Below are positions 17,677-26,116 of a stretch of DNA of 64,000 bases, one piece after another. The translations under genes and the position numbers were made by a program. Source of the stretch: an uncultured Clostridia bacterium (GTDB lineage: Bacteria; Bacillota; Clostridia; Oscillospirales; JAAYOS01). The stretch lies in assembly GCA_947593925.1 (NCBI GenBank), contig CANQDU010000001.1, forward strand, positions 141,188 to 205,187. The letters run 5' to 3'. The notes under the pieces were generated by a model. It had not been told where the DNA came from, did not search any database, and was given only the letters and a program-made list of their open reading frames with translations. Numbering within the stretch: the stretch's first letter is position 1; the number at the start of each line of letters is the position of its first letter.

Positions 17677-18684
17677 ATGAATACTATGATTTGGGGAGAG
17701 ACCGAGTTCGGCACGGCGCATGTTTATACCCTCACTGCGGGAAAGAGCACGGCGCGCGTGAGCGACTTCGGCGCGACGCTCATCGAGTGGAAATATGACG
17801 GTGTGAGCCTCGTGCTCGGCTCGGACGAGCTCGGGTTCTATCTCGGCAAGTGCGGCTCGATGGGTGCTTCGATAGGCCGCTTTGCAAACCGCATCGCGGC
17901 GGGAAAATTCACCCTCGACGGCAGGGAGTACACTCTCAACTGCAACGAGGGGAAAAACCACCTCCACGGCGGCTTCAAGGGCTTTGAGAAGCGGCTGTGG
18001 ACGGCGCATCCCGAGGGAGACAGCGCCGTCACCTTCACCTACGTCTCGCCGGACGGCGAGGAGAACTATCCCGCGACGCTCACCGTCTCGGTGCGCTACG
18101 AGCTCGGCGAGGACGGCGCTCTCTCGCTCTGCTACCATGCCTCGAGCGACGGCGCTACCATTCTCAATCTCACAAACCACAGCTACTTCAACCTCGGCTG
18201 TGAGCGCGACATTCTCGGCTGCAAGGTCACTATCCCCGCAGACCGCTTCGTCGAGACCGGCGAGGGTTCGATACCCACCGGAAAGCTCGCGGACGTGACC
18301 GGCACTGTGATGGACCTGCGCGGCGGCGTCGTCATGGGCGACAGGATGGCGGACGAATACCTCGTCCCCACCGGCGGCTACGACCACTGCTTCGTACTCG
18401 GTGACGAGCGCACCGAGTCTCTGCACCTCGCGGCGAAGGTCGAGGCGCCGAACGGCGTCACGCTCGAGTGCCTCACCGACCAGCCGAGCGTCCAGCTCTA
18501 CTGCGGCTGTCAGCTTGACGGCTCGCTGAAGGCTCGCGGCCGGAGCTTCGGAAGGTACTCCGCGCTCTGTCTCGAGACGCAGGTCTTCCCCGACTCGCCA
18601 AATCACGAGGGCTTCACGAACTGCGTCCTCCGCCCGGGCGAGACCTTCGAGACAAGGACCGTTTACAGGGTACATAAAGCCTGA
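17677..18684 (+). CDS. galM: Aldose 1-epimerase (galactose mutarotase)
   Basis: GRFANRIA...F.LDG..Y.L..N.G.NHLHGG is the family signature. Confidence 0.85.
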   Translation: MNTMIWGETEFGTAHVYTLTAGKSTARVSDFGATLIEWKYDGVSLVLGSDELGFYLGKCGSMGASIGRFANRIAAGKFTLDGREYTLNCNEGKNHLHGGFKGFEKRLWTAHPEGDSAVTFTYVSPDGEENYPATLTVSVRYELGEDGALSLCYHASSDGATILNLTNHSYFNLGCERDILGCKVTIPADRFVETGEGSIPTGKLADVTGTVMDLRGGVVMGDRMADEYLVPTGGYDHCFVLGDERTESLHLAAKVEAPNGVTLECLTDQPSVQLYCGCQLDGSLKARGRSFGRYSALCLETQVFPDSPNHEGFTNCVLRPGETFETRTVYRVHKA

Positions 18685-18725
18685 ACCGTTCCGCGTCACG
18701 GCGGCGCACAAATTCCGTAATAATA

Positions 18726-18755
18726 AAACCTCCGGCTCTCGCCGGAGGTTTTTCT
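18726..18755. terminator. Bidirectional terminator between galM and the radC-like gene
   Basis: The hairpin aaacctccggc...gccggaggttttt is flanked by A- and T-runs. Confidence 0.6.
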
Positions 18756-18756
18756 C

Positions 18757-19668
18757 TTATTCGGGCAGATCCTCGTAGAGGCGATTTATCTCGCGGCTCA
18801 TCGCGTACGACGCTATCTGCGGCTCCCTTGAAAGCAGCCCCATTATGTCGCCCTCCGTCCCCGCCGCGCGAGGGCGGTCGGAATAGCTTCTGGAGCCGAC
18901 GTTGTGCCCGAAGTGCAGAACGGGCCGTCCCTCCAGCTCGCTCCGCTCGATATACTTCCCCGTCGGGTTCAGCCGCCGCCTGTACGATGAGGTCTCGCCT
19001 CCGTGAAGCACTATGTAGTCGCAGAACTCCGCCCCGACGGCGGCGAGCGCCCGCGATATCAGAGCTATGCTCTCGCTTTCCGCGCCCTCCCGCACGGGGC
19101 TCTCCTCCGAGTCGTCCCGAAAGGCGAGGATGACCCTCCTCGCGTCCATACGCACGGCCGCCGAGATCATATCGACGGCGGAGAAGTCACTCTCCATCGG
19201 ACGGACGTCTATCAGACGGCTCACGCCGTCCAGTCCGAGTAGCGCCGCGTCGGTCTTAGGCTGCGCCGCGAAGTATCCTCTCACTATCCGCTCCGCCGTC
19301 TCCGGGTCTGTGACGCTCTCGTGCGCGCGCGTGCGCGACCGCTCGCAAGCCTCCGCCGCTCTTCCGAAGTCAAGCAGAAACTCCGCCGCGCGCTCGCCTA
19401 TCCCGTCCACCTGCATGAGCTCGCTCTTCTCCGCATGCATCACGCCGTAGACCGTTTTAAACCTGTCTATGAGCATGTGGCCGAGGACGTTGGTGTCCTT
19501 CCGCGCTATCGGCGTCCAGAGCACGGTCTCCAAGAGCTCGTGCGGCGCGAGCGCCGACGCCATGCCACGGAGTATCTTCTCCCGCATCCTCGCCCTGTGC
19601 TTTGAATGGCTTATCCCCTCGTAACGTCCGACCGCTTCGGACGCTCCCTCGGCATTTCCCTTCCGCAT
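18757..19668 (-). CDS. RadC-like protein with degenerate (metal-ligand-less) JAB domain and C-terminal extension
   Basis: The N-terminus HSKHRARMREKIL...ELLETVL...GIGERAA matches the RadC HhH region. Where RadC has HNHPSG, this protein reads AFRDDSEE. Confidence 0.6.
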   Translation of the reverse strand: MRKGNAEGASEAVGRYEGISHSKHRARMREKILRGMASALAPHELLETVLWTPIARKDTNVLGHMLIDRFKTVYGVMHAEKSELMQVDGIGERAAEFLLDFGRAAEACERSRTRAHESVTDPETAERIVRGYFAAQPKTDAALLGLDGVSRLIDVRPMESDFSAVDMISAAVRMDARRVILAFRDDSEESPVREGAESESIALISRALAAVGAEFCDYIVLHGGETSSYRRRLNPTGKYIERSELEGRPVLHFGHNVGSRSYSDRPRAAGTEGDIMGLLSREPQIASYAMSREINRLYEDLPE

Positions 19669-20421
19669 CTATTTCACCTCTCCGTCCTGCCCGCTTACGA
19701 GCTTTCCGCCGCGCAGGCTGAAGCTCCGCCACAGCTCGACCGGGCCCGGCCCGTCCAGCATCCCGCTTTCGTACATGGATACATAGTCGCCGTCGTACAC
19801 AACGATATGGTCAAGCAGCTCCTTGCCGAGGCACAGGAGAAGCCATCCGAGCATCTTCGTCGCGGTGAGGTCTGCGGCGGACGGCAGTGCGGCGCTCGAG
19901 GGATGGTTGTGCGCGAGCACGACGCCCCGCACGTCATCCCGAAGCGCGGCGTCCACTATGGCGTGGATGTTTGCGCGGACGTTTCTCTCGTCTCCCGCCG
20001 AGACGATGAACCTGCCGAGCACGCGATCCTTCGCGTCGCAGGTGACGACCACCACCTTCTCGACCGGCTCGTTCCGGTACAGATCCATGAGCGCGAGGCC
20101 GACATACTCCGAGGTCGGAAGCTGCCGTCCCCGCACTATCTTGGGATTTGCCGGGCGCGCGCCGTGTCCGAGCGCTATCCTCCGCCTGTCCTCGGCAAAC
20201 TGCCTTCCCGTGCGGAGGGCGAGATGCGCCGCCTCGCGTGTTCTCTTGCCGTAGTCGCCCGTGCTCACCGCCTTCACCGCTTCGTAGAGGCCGCCGCAGT
20301 CCGCAAGCAGCCGTCTTGCCTCCTCCGCCGCGTTCTCCGTGCCGCCGCAGTTCAGCAGAAATTCGAGTATCTCCGCCTCACCCGCGTCCCGCGGGAGTCT
20401 CGGTGTAGGCATAGCTCTCAT
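19669..20421 (-). CDS. radC: RadC family JAB-domain protein (intact HNHPS motif)
   Basis: LAHNHPSSAALPSAADLTAT is the JAB/MPN+ motif. The start is uncertain (20412, 20421 or 20472). The stop abuts the start of the next gene (19668/19669). Confidence 0.7.
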   Translation of the reverse strand: MRAMPTPRLPRDAGEAEILEFLLNCGGTENAAEEARRLLADCGGLYEAVKAVSTGDYGKRTREAAHLALRTGRQFAEDRRRIALGHGARPANPKIVRGRQLPTSEYVGLALMDLYRNEPVEKVVVVTCDAKDRVLGRFIVSAGDERNVRANIHAIVDAALRDDVRGVVLAHNHPSSAALPSAADLTATKMLGWLLLCLGKELLDHIVVYDGDYVSMYESGMLDGPGPVELWRSFSLRGGKLVSGQDGEVK

Positions 20422-20475
20422 TCCTTTCCCGTAACGTCTTTGCGGCCGCGAAAACGCGGCCGTGCAATTCAAATA

Positions 20476-21132
20476 TCAATCGGCTGTCGCCGCCGCGACC
20501 GCCGCGCCGAGCACCTCCGAGGCGCCCGCGGCGCGGAGCGCTCGCGCGCACTCGCGCATAGTCGCGCCGGTGGTGACTACGTCGTCTATAAGAAGCACTC
20601 GCTTCCCCGCGACAAGCTCCGGCTCCGTCGCTCTGTACGCGCCGCGCACGTTTTCCCTTCGTTCCTCCGGGCCGAGTGAGGAGTTCGGGTCGGTGTGGCG
20701 CGTCTTTTCAAGCGTCGATACGGCGACGGTGCCGAGGCGCTCCGCCGCCGCTTCCGCCAGCAGCATCGCCTGGTCGTAGCCGCGCTCGCGACGGCGCTCG
20801 CGGCTCACCGGCGCCCACGTCACGACGTCGTACCGTCCCGCAAACCTGCGCCGCACCTCGTCCGCGGCAAACGCCGCGAGCGGTCTCGCGAAGTCGGCTC
20901 TGTCCCTGAATTTGAAGCGGAGTATCGCCCGCCGCACGTTTCCGGAATAGACGAGCGGCGCGCACACCTCTCCGAGCGCGCCGCTCGGCGGCCGAAGGTT
21001 CTCGTTATACTCTATCGAGCGGCGGCAGGCGCGGCAGACGCGCCCCTCGCGCTCGTTCTTCTCAAGCACTCTGCCGCAGAACACGCACTTCGGCGGAAAG
21101 AGCAGAGCGCCAAGCGCACGCAATATTCCCAT
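20476..21132 (-). CDS. comFC: ComF family protein (ComFC, PRTase fold with N-terminal zinc ribbon)
   Basis: CVFCG...CRAC is followed by the PRPP loop LLIDDVVTTGAT. Confidence 0.8.
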   Translation of the reverse strand: MGILRALGALLFPPKCVFCGRVLEKNEREGRVCRACRRSIEYNENLRPPSGALGEVCAPLVYSGNVRRAILRFKFRDRADFARPLAAFAADEVRRRFAGRYDVVTWAPVSRERRRERGYDQAMLLAEAAAERLGTVAVSTLEKTRHTDPNSSLGPEERRENVRGAYRATEPELVAGKRVLLIDDVVTTGATMRECARALRAAGASEVLGAAVAAATAD

Positions 21133-21146
21133 CTTCGCCTCCGCAG

Positions 21147-23390
21147 TCAGAGCATTCTCGCGCGGAGGCCGCTGTAACGGCGGCGGCGGCGGTTGTTCCG
21201 CACCATCGTCTCGACGGCGGCCTCGCTCCCGACTATCACGAGGAGCTTCTGCGCGCGGGTTATCGCGGTATAGAAGACCGGCCTTGTCATCAGCCTCGGC
21301 GGAGCGTCGCTCGCGACGAGCACCACCGCCGGATACTCGCTGCCCTGCGACTTGTGCACCGTCACCGCGTACGCCGGCTCGAGCTGCTCCATCAGCTCGA
21401 ACGGATAGACGACTATGCGGTCGTCGTATCGGACGGTCGTAGTCTCAGCGCGGGTGTCTATATCGACGATGATCCCGACGTCGCCGTTGAACACGCCCAT
21501 GCCGTTTTCCGCCGAGTCCGTGCTCCTCCACTGGAGGTCGTAGTTGTTCTGTATGTGCATCACCCTGTCGCCCGTGCGGAAGGTGAAATCGCCGCTCCGG
21601 CGCTCCGCCTTGCCCTCGGCGGGAGGGTTCAGCGCCGCCTGGAGCAGGCGGTTAAGCTCCGCCGTTCCTGCGGGGCCGCGCCGCGTGGGCGAGAGCACCT
21701 GTATCTGCGCGGGGTCAAAGCCCATATTCGTCGGGAGCCTCCGCGCGCAGAGATCGACGACGGTCTCCGCCGTGCGCACAGCGTCGGCGCGCCGGACAAA
21801 GAACAGGTCGCCGCTCTTGTGCCTCAGCTCGGGAACTTCCCCGCGGTTGACGGCGTGCGCGGCGAGGACTATGTTCGAGCTGCGCGCCTGCCGGAATATC
21901 TCGGTGAGGCGCACGGTCTTTATCGTTCCGCAGGAGAGCAGGTCGCCGAGCACGCTCCCCGGTCCGACGCTCGGAAGCTGGTCCGGGTCGCCCACAAGTA
22001 TGAGACGCGCCTCGGGACGGAGCGCGTCCAGAAGCGCCGAAAAGAGCGCGAGATCGACCATCGAGCACTCGTCGAGCACGACGACGTCCGCCGCGAGCGG
22101 ATTTTCCGCGTCGTGGACAAAGCTGAAGCCCGCCTCGCCGGAGGAGAAGTCCACCTCGAGCAGGCGGTGGACGGTCATCGCGTCCCTGCCGGTGAGCTCG
22201 GAGAGGCGCTTCGCCGCGCGCCCCGTGGGGCTCGCAAGCCTCGTCTCGAGCCCCATCCTGTCAAACACCGAGAGCATGCCGCGCACCGAGGTTGACTTTC
22301 CGGTGCCGGGTCCGCCGGTGAGGAGCATCACCCGCTCGCTCGCGGCGACACGTATCGCCTCGCGCTGGAGCGGCGCGTAGTCCACGCCCTCCCGCTCGCT
22401 TATGCTCTCAATCATCTCTTCGAGGTGCGCCGGCGGGTCGGGCGGCGTCATTGCCATGAGGCGGAGACGGCTCGCGACGTCTGTCTCCGCGCGGTGGAGC
22501 CGCGCGAGGTAGACGGCGTCCTCGTCCCCTATCTTCTCGCACACCGCCGCGCCGGTCTCGCACAGCCTGTCTATGGCGTCGCCGGCGAGCTCCGGGGAGA
22601 CGCGGAGCATCTCCCCCGTCGCGGCGGCGAGCTTGTCCGCGGGGATATAGACGTGGCCGTTCCGCGAATTGTACTCGAGCTCGTAGAGCACGCCCGCCTC
22701 TATACGCATCGGCGAGTCCTCCGCGAACCCGAGGTCGAGCGCCATGCCGTCCGCCCGCGCGAACTCCACCCCGACCTCCTCGTGGGAAAGTATGTAGGGG
22801 TTCTGCTTTATCAGATCCTCCGCGAGGCTGCCGTACCAGCGGTAAAGCCGCAAGGCGACCTCCGGGTCTATACCGTAGCCGAGGAGCTGCTCCATCAGGC
22901 GGCGGATGCCGGTCTGACGGCGGAAGCTCTCCGCGAGCCGCTCCGCCTTCGCCTTGTTCATGCCGGGCAGCTCCGCGACGAGCTCCGGCGAGCTCTCGAG
23001 CACGTCGAACACGTCTCTGCCGAACTTCTCCACGAGGCGCTGCGCCGTCGCGGCTCCGATGCCGGGGAGGTTCCCGCTCGCAAGGTAGCGCACGATGGAC
23101 GCGGTGTCGGCGGGAAGCGTCCGTTCGGCGCGCTCCGCCTTGAACTGGTCGCCGTAGGAGGCGTGGTGCGTCCAGCTTCCCTCGAGCCAGACGTTCTCCC
23201 CCGCACAGATATACGGGAGCGTACCCACGACGGTGACGAGGTCGTCCCCGCCGTCCACCGCGAGGCGGAACACGGCGTAGCCGTTCTTTTCGTTGTGGAA
23301 TATCACGCTCTCGACAGAGCCGGAAAGCTCGTTCTGCGAGTGAAGCTCCTCCGCGTCCAGCTTTGCGAGCTCCTGCTCAAAGTCGTCCAT
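21147..23390 (-). CDS. recD2: SF1B ATP-dependent DNA helicase RecD2
   Basis: It is 747 aa with an HhH region, Walker A GGPGTGKS, VLDECSMVD, and a C-terminal SH3-like region plus TVHKSQGSE. Confidence 0.85.
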   Translation of the reverse strand: MDDFEQELAKLDAEELHSQNELSGSVESVIFHNEKNGYAVFRLAVDGGDDLVTVVGTLPYICAGENVWLEGSWTHHASYGDQFKAERAERTLPADTASIVRYLASGNLPGIGAATAQRLVEKFGRDVFDVLESSPELVAELPGMNKAKAERLAESFRRQTGIRRLMEQLLGYGIDPEVALRLYRWYGSLAEDLIKQNPYILSHEEVGVEFARADGMALDLGFAEDSPMRIEAGVLYELEYNSRNGHVYIPADKLAAATGEMLRVSPELAGDAIDRLCETGAAVCEKIGDEDAVYLARLHRAETDVASRLRLMAMTPPDPPAHLEEMIESISEREGVDYAPLQREAIRVAASERVMLLTGGPGTGKSTSVRGMLSVFDRMGLETRLASPTGRAAKRLSELTGRDAMTVHRLLEVDFSSGEAGFSFVHDAENPLAADVVVLDECSMVDLALFSALLDALRPEARLILVGDPDQLPSVGPGSVLGDLLSCGTIKTVRLTEIFRQARSSNIVLAAHAVNRGEVPELRHKSGDLFFVRRADAVRTAETVVDLCARRLPTNMGFDPAQIQVLSPTRRGPAGTAELNRLLQAALNPPAEGKAERRSGDFTFRTGDRVMHIQNNYDLQWRSTDSAENGMGVFNGDVGIIVDIDTRAETTTVRYDDRIVVYPFELMEQLEPAYAVTVHKSQGSEYPAVVLVASDAPPRLMTRPVFYTAITRAQKLLVIVGSEAAVETMVRNNRRRRRYSGLRARML

Positions 23391-23703
23391 CTTCTCCCCC
23401 CGTATATCCCGATTTGTCGAGCGGAACGCCCTCTCTCAGCGCGCACACCTCCGCGCGCCGCCGTGCGTCCGCGTCGAGGCCGCGGTCAACGAGCCTGACG
23501 TTCGCTCCGCACCGCGCGGCGAGCTCCGCCGCCGCGTGAAGCGTCCGCTCGAGCTCCGGCGCGTCTCCCCGCGCCGATACCGTGACCTCGACCGAGACCT
23601 GTTCGCCGCCTATACGCATCCTCACTCCGAACAGTCCGTAATAGAAAAGCATCAGCAGGCCGAGCGCCGCCGCGCCCGCTATCACATACTCGTACCACTC
23701 CAT
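23377..23703 (-). CDS. Small membrane-anchored protein, unknown function
   Basis: MEWYEYVIAGAAALGLLMLFYYGLF forms one TM helix. The stop overlaps the recD2 start by 14 nt. Confidence 0.4.
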   Translation of the reverse strand: MEWYEYVIAGAAALGLLMLFYYGLFGVRMRIGGEQVSVEVTVSARGDAPELERTLHAAAELAARCGANVRLVDRGLDADARRRAEVCALREGVPLDKSGYTGGEDGRL

Positions 23704-23808
23704 CTCCGCGCACCTCCGCCCATACAGCCGCCGCCCACCGGAAGTTTCCGCGGGTTCGGCTCCCGTCAGCCGTATCACAGTTTATGAGCGAAAGCGCCGC
23801 TTTGACAT

Positions 23809-24276
23809 TCAGCCGAATATCGCCGCCGCGCCGTAGGTCATGGCGCTCACGGCAAACGCCGCGACGACCACCCCGAGCGCTATGGCGGGCATGGCCTTCT
23901 TCAGGCGCATATCCATCACCGCCGCGACGAGCGCGCCGGTCCACGCGCCCGTCCCGGGCAGCGGCACCGCCACGAGCAGAAACAGCCCGAACCACATCAT
24001 CCTGTGCGAAAGCACCTTGTTCGCGCCGCGCTCCGCCTTCTTTTCGAGGCGGTAGATGAGGCTCCCGAAGCGTCCCTTATCCTTCAGCCACGCGAAAATC
24101 TTCCTTATGAACAGGATGATGAGCGGCGCGGGCAGCAGGTTCCCCACGACCGACACTCCCATCACCTGCCACCACGGCAGACCGAAGGCGAAGCCGTAGG
24201 GTATCGCGCCGCGCAGCTCGACAAGCGGCAGCATGGATATGCCGAACGTCGCGAGCAGGTGAATAAGTTCCGTCAT
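23809..24276 (-). CDS. Small multidrug-export-like membrane protein (COG2426 family)
   Basis: LPLVELRGAIPYG...PLPGTGAWTGAL is typical of this family. Confidence 0.65.
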   Translation of the reverse strand: MTELIHLLATFGISMLPLVELRGAIPYGFAFGLPWWQVMGVSVVGNLLPAPLIILFIRKIFAWLKDKGRFGSLIYRLEKKAERGANKVLSHRMMWFGLFLLVAVPLPGTGAWTGALVAAVMDMRLKKAMPAIALGVVVAAFAVSAMTYGAAAIFG

Positions 24277-24362
24277 CGTGTCCTCCGAGATTTTCGGTAT
24301 CCGCGCCGGTGTGCGCCGCGCCGGACGTTCTTACTCCGTCCGCGCGGCCGCCGCCGTCTGTT

Positions 24363-24953
24363 TCACATCTTGAATATTATGCCGACCGCCGCGCCGGCCG
24401 CGATAAGAGCTATCGGATGGAGCTTCTTCCATATCTTCGAGGCGGCGAACGCCGCGGCAAACAGCACGAGCGCCACCGGCCGGAACATCGCAAGGAAGCC
24501 GCCAAAGCTCCACCCCGCCGAGAGGGCGGAGAGATCTATCACCGACGTTGAGAGCACCGTCCAGCCCGCCGCCGCTATCATCGCGGTGACGGCGGGGCGT
24601 ATCGTGTAGAAGACTCCGTCAACAAACCGGTTTTCCGCGAACTTCTTCAGCACCTTCGACACGAGGATTATCACGACCATGGACGGAAATACGAGCGCAA
24701 GCGTCGCGAGTATCGCGCCGGGGACTCCGGCGGCGTTGTAGCCCGCGTAGGTCGCTATGTTCACGCCTATCGGCCCCGGCGTAGACTCGCCTATCGCTAT
24801 CATGTCCGGTACTATCGCCGCGTCGAGCCAGCTGTAACGCGCCGCTATGTCGTATATGAACGGAATGGTTGCCAGTCCTCCGCCTATGGCGAAAAGCCCG
24901 GCCTTGAAGAACTCCCACATGAGCATCAGGAGCGTGAAGAGGTACTCAACCAT
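24363..24953 (-). CDS. chrA: Chromate transporter family protein (short ChrA, second half-pair)
   Basis: GGGLATIPF...PGPIGVN is a CHR signature. Confidence 0.8.
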   Translation of the reverse strand: MVEYLFTLLMLMWEFFKAGLFAIGGGLATIPFIYDIAARYSWLDAAIVPDMIAIGESTPGPIGVNIATYAGYNAAGVPGAILATLALVFPSMVVIILVSKVLKKFAENRFVDGVFYTIRPAVTAMIAAAGWTVLSTSVIDLSALSAGWSFGGFLAMFRPVALVLFAAAFAASKIWKKLHPIALIAAGAAVGIIFKM

Positions 24954-25506
24954 TCTCCGCGCCTCCGTTTCCGCGCCCGCGTGCGAGCGTGAGCACGGCG
25001 CCGATGAGCGCCGCGCCGACGACTATGATTATCGGGCTTACCGTAGTCAGCACCGAGAGCGCGAGCGCGGCGGCAAATATCAGTATACCTATCCAGTCCT
25101 TCACGCCGCTCTTCCAGAACTTTATCACAGCGTTCAGGATGAGCGCGCAGACGACGGCGCGTATGCCCGCGAGCGCGTGCGCGACGTATTCGTTGCCGAT
25201 AAAGCCGGAGATGAGCGCCGCTATGACCGTTATTATGATTATCGACGGAGTTATGACGCCGAGGGTCGTAAATATCGCGCCCGGTATCCCGCGCCGCTTG
25301 TAGCCGATGAAGGTCGCGACGTTCACGGCGATAACGCCGGGGGTACACTGTCCCACCGCGAAGTAGTCCATCAGCTCGCTCTCGGTCGTCCAGCCGTAGC
25401 GCTCCACGACCTCGCGCTGAAGCATCGGCAGCATAGCGTAGCCTCCCCCGAAGGTGAAGGCTCCTATCCGCGCGAACGCGAGGAACATTTTTATCAGCTC
25501 TCTCAA
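24946..25506 (-). CDS. chrA: Chromate transporter family protein (short ChrA, first half-pair)
   Basis: FGGGYAMLPML...QCTPGVIAVN is present. It overlaps the downstream partner by 8 nt. Confidence 0.8.
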   Translation of the reverse strand: MRELIKMFLAFARIGAFTFGGGYAMLPMLQREVVERYGWTTESELMDYFAVGQCTPGVIAVNVATFIGYKRRGIPGAIFTTLGVITPSIIIITVIAALISGFIGNEYVAHALAGIRAVVCALILNAVIKFWKSGVKDWIGILIFAAALALSVLTTVSPIIIVVGAALIGAVLTLARGRGNGGAENG

Positions 25507-25593
25507 CCGCAGGCCCCTCCGTTCCGATTTTGTATGTCATTCCCTGTTAGTATACCACGTTTTGACCTTCCTCGCAACACGAGTTTTTCGCAG

Positions 25594-25627
25594 CGCAAAA
25601 GGACAGGCGCAAAAGCGCCTGCCCTTT
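25594..25627 (-). terminator. Rho-independent terminator closing composite R5 (oad operon 3' end)
   Basis: The minus strand reads aaagggcaggcgc-tttt-gcgcctgtccttt followed by T residues. Confidence 0.55.
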
Positions 25628-25676
25628 CTAGCATGAAATCTCGCTGGTCTCGCCCGTTCACGCAATTTTTCGCGCC

Positions 25677-25853
25677 AGCCTCGCAGAGTTTCGCTGCTTC
25701 AGCGGCAAAATAAAGTTCGATCTGTTTTTTTCCGACGACAATGCGCCCGCCAACATATACCGTGCTTAACATTCTACCGGGCGCATCAGACCTCGGCGCT
25801 TCGCGCCGAGGTCCCAACATTGTACGAACCATAGGGCGAAATTTACACCTCTC
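25677..25853 (-). repeat. Module E, long form, copy 3 (inverted)
   Basis: Its reverse complement aligns with 14601..14778, including gagaggtgtaaat, gggacCtcggcgcgaagcgccgaggtc, gatgcgccc...gggcgcatt and the tail aaactctgcgaggct. Confidence 0.8.
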
Positions 25854-25886
25854 GCGTAGCGCGCGTCGAAGGCGGCGAAGCCGTTT

Positions 25887-26025
25887 CCGCGCCGGTTCGC
25901 GCGGTTAAAGTTGCTTGCCTATGGCAAGCAACTTTGCGCAGGCGGAATTCACTTCCGCCGAGCATTTCAATCAAAAGGGCTCCCACGCGGTCACTGACCG
26001 CGTGGGAATTGCGAAGCGGAGCGCC
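25887..26025 (-). repeat. Four-hairpin module F, copy 2
   Basis: It is homologous to 10943..11080 and 57975..58112. Stems are at 25887-25904, 25908-25934, ~25941-25959 and 25981-26007. Confidence 0.8.
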
Positions 26026-26026
26026 C

Positions 26027-26110
26027 GCCGCCGGCAGGACTTTGTCCTGTCCGGCGGCTTCGCGGAAAATTGAAGGGGGCAGACAAAGTCTGCCCCCTCG
26101 ATTTTCCGCG
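26027..26110 (-). repeat. Module C copy (26027-26058) plus stop-proximal nested hairpin (26061-26110), starting 6 nt after the oadB stop
   Basis: The nested hairpin is cgcggaaaat..agggggcagac-aaa-gtctgccccct..attttccgcg. The inner stem recurs at 58322-58349. Confidence 0.75.
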
Positions 26111-26116
26111 AAAGTT

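Noticed and set aside
24363-25506. Two adjacent short chrA genes as a frameshifted pseudogene.
   Set aside because: Each ORF is intact, with its own start and an 8-nt overlap. Paired short-ChrA genes are a known natural arrangement.
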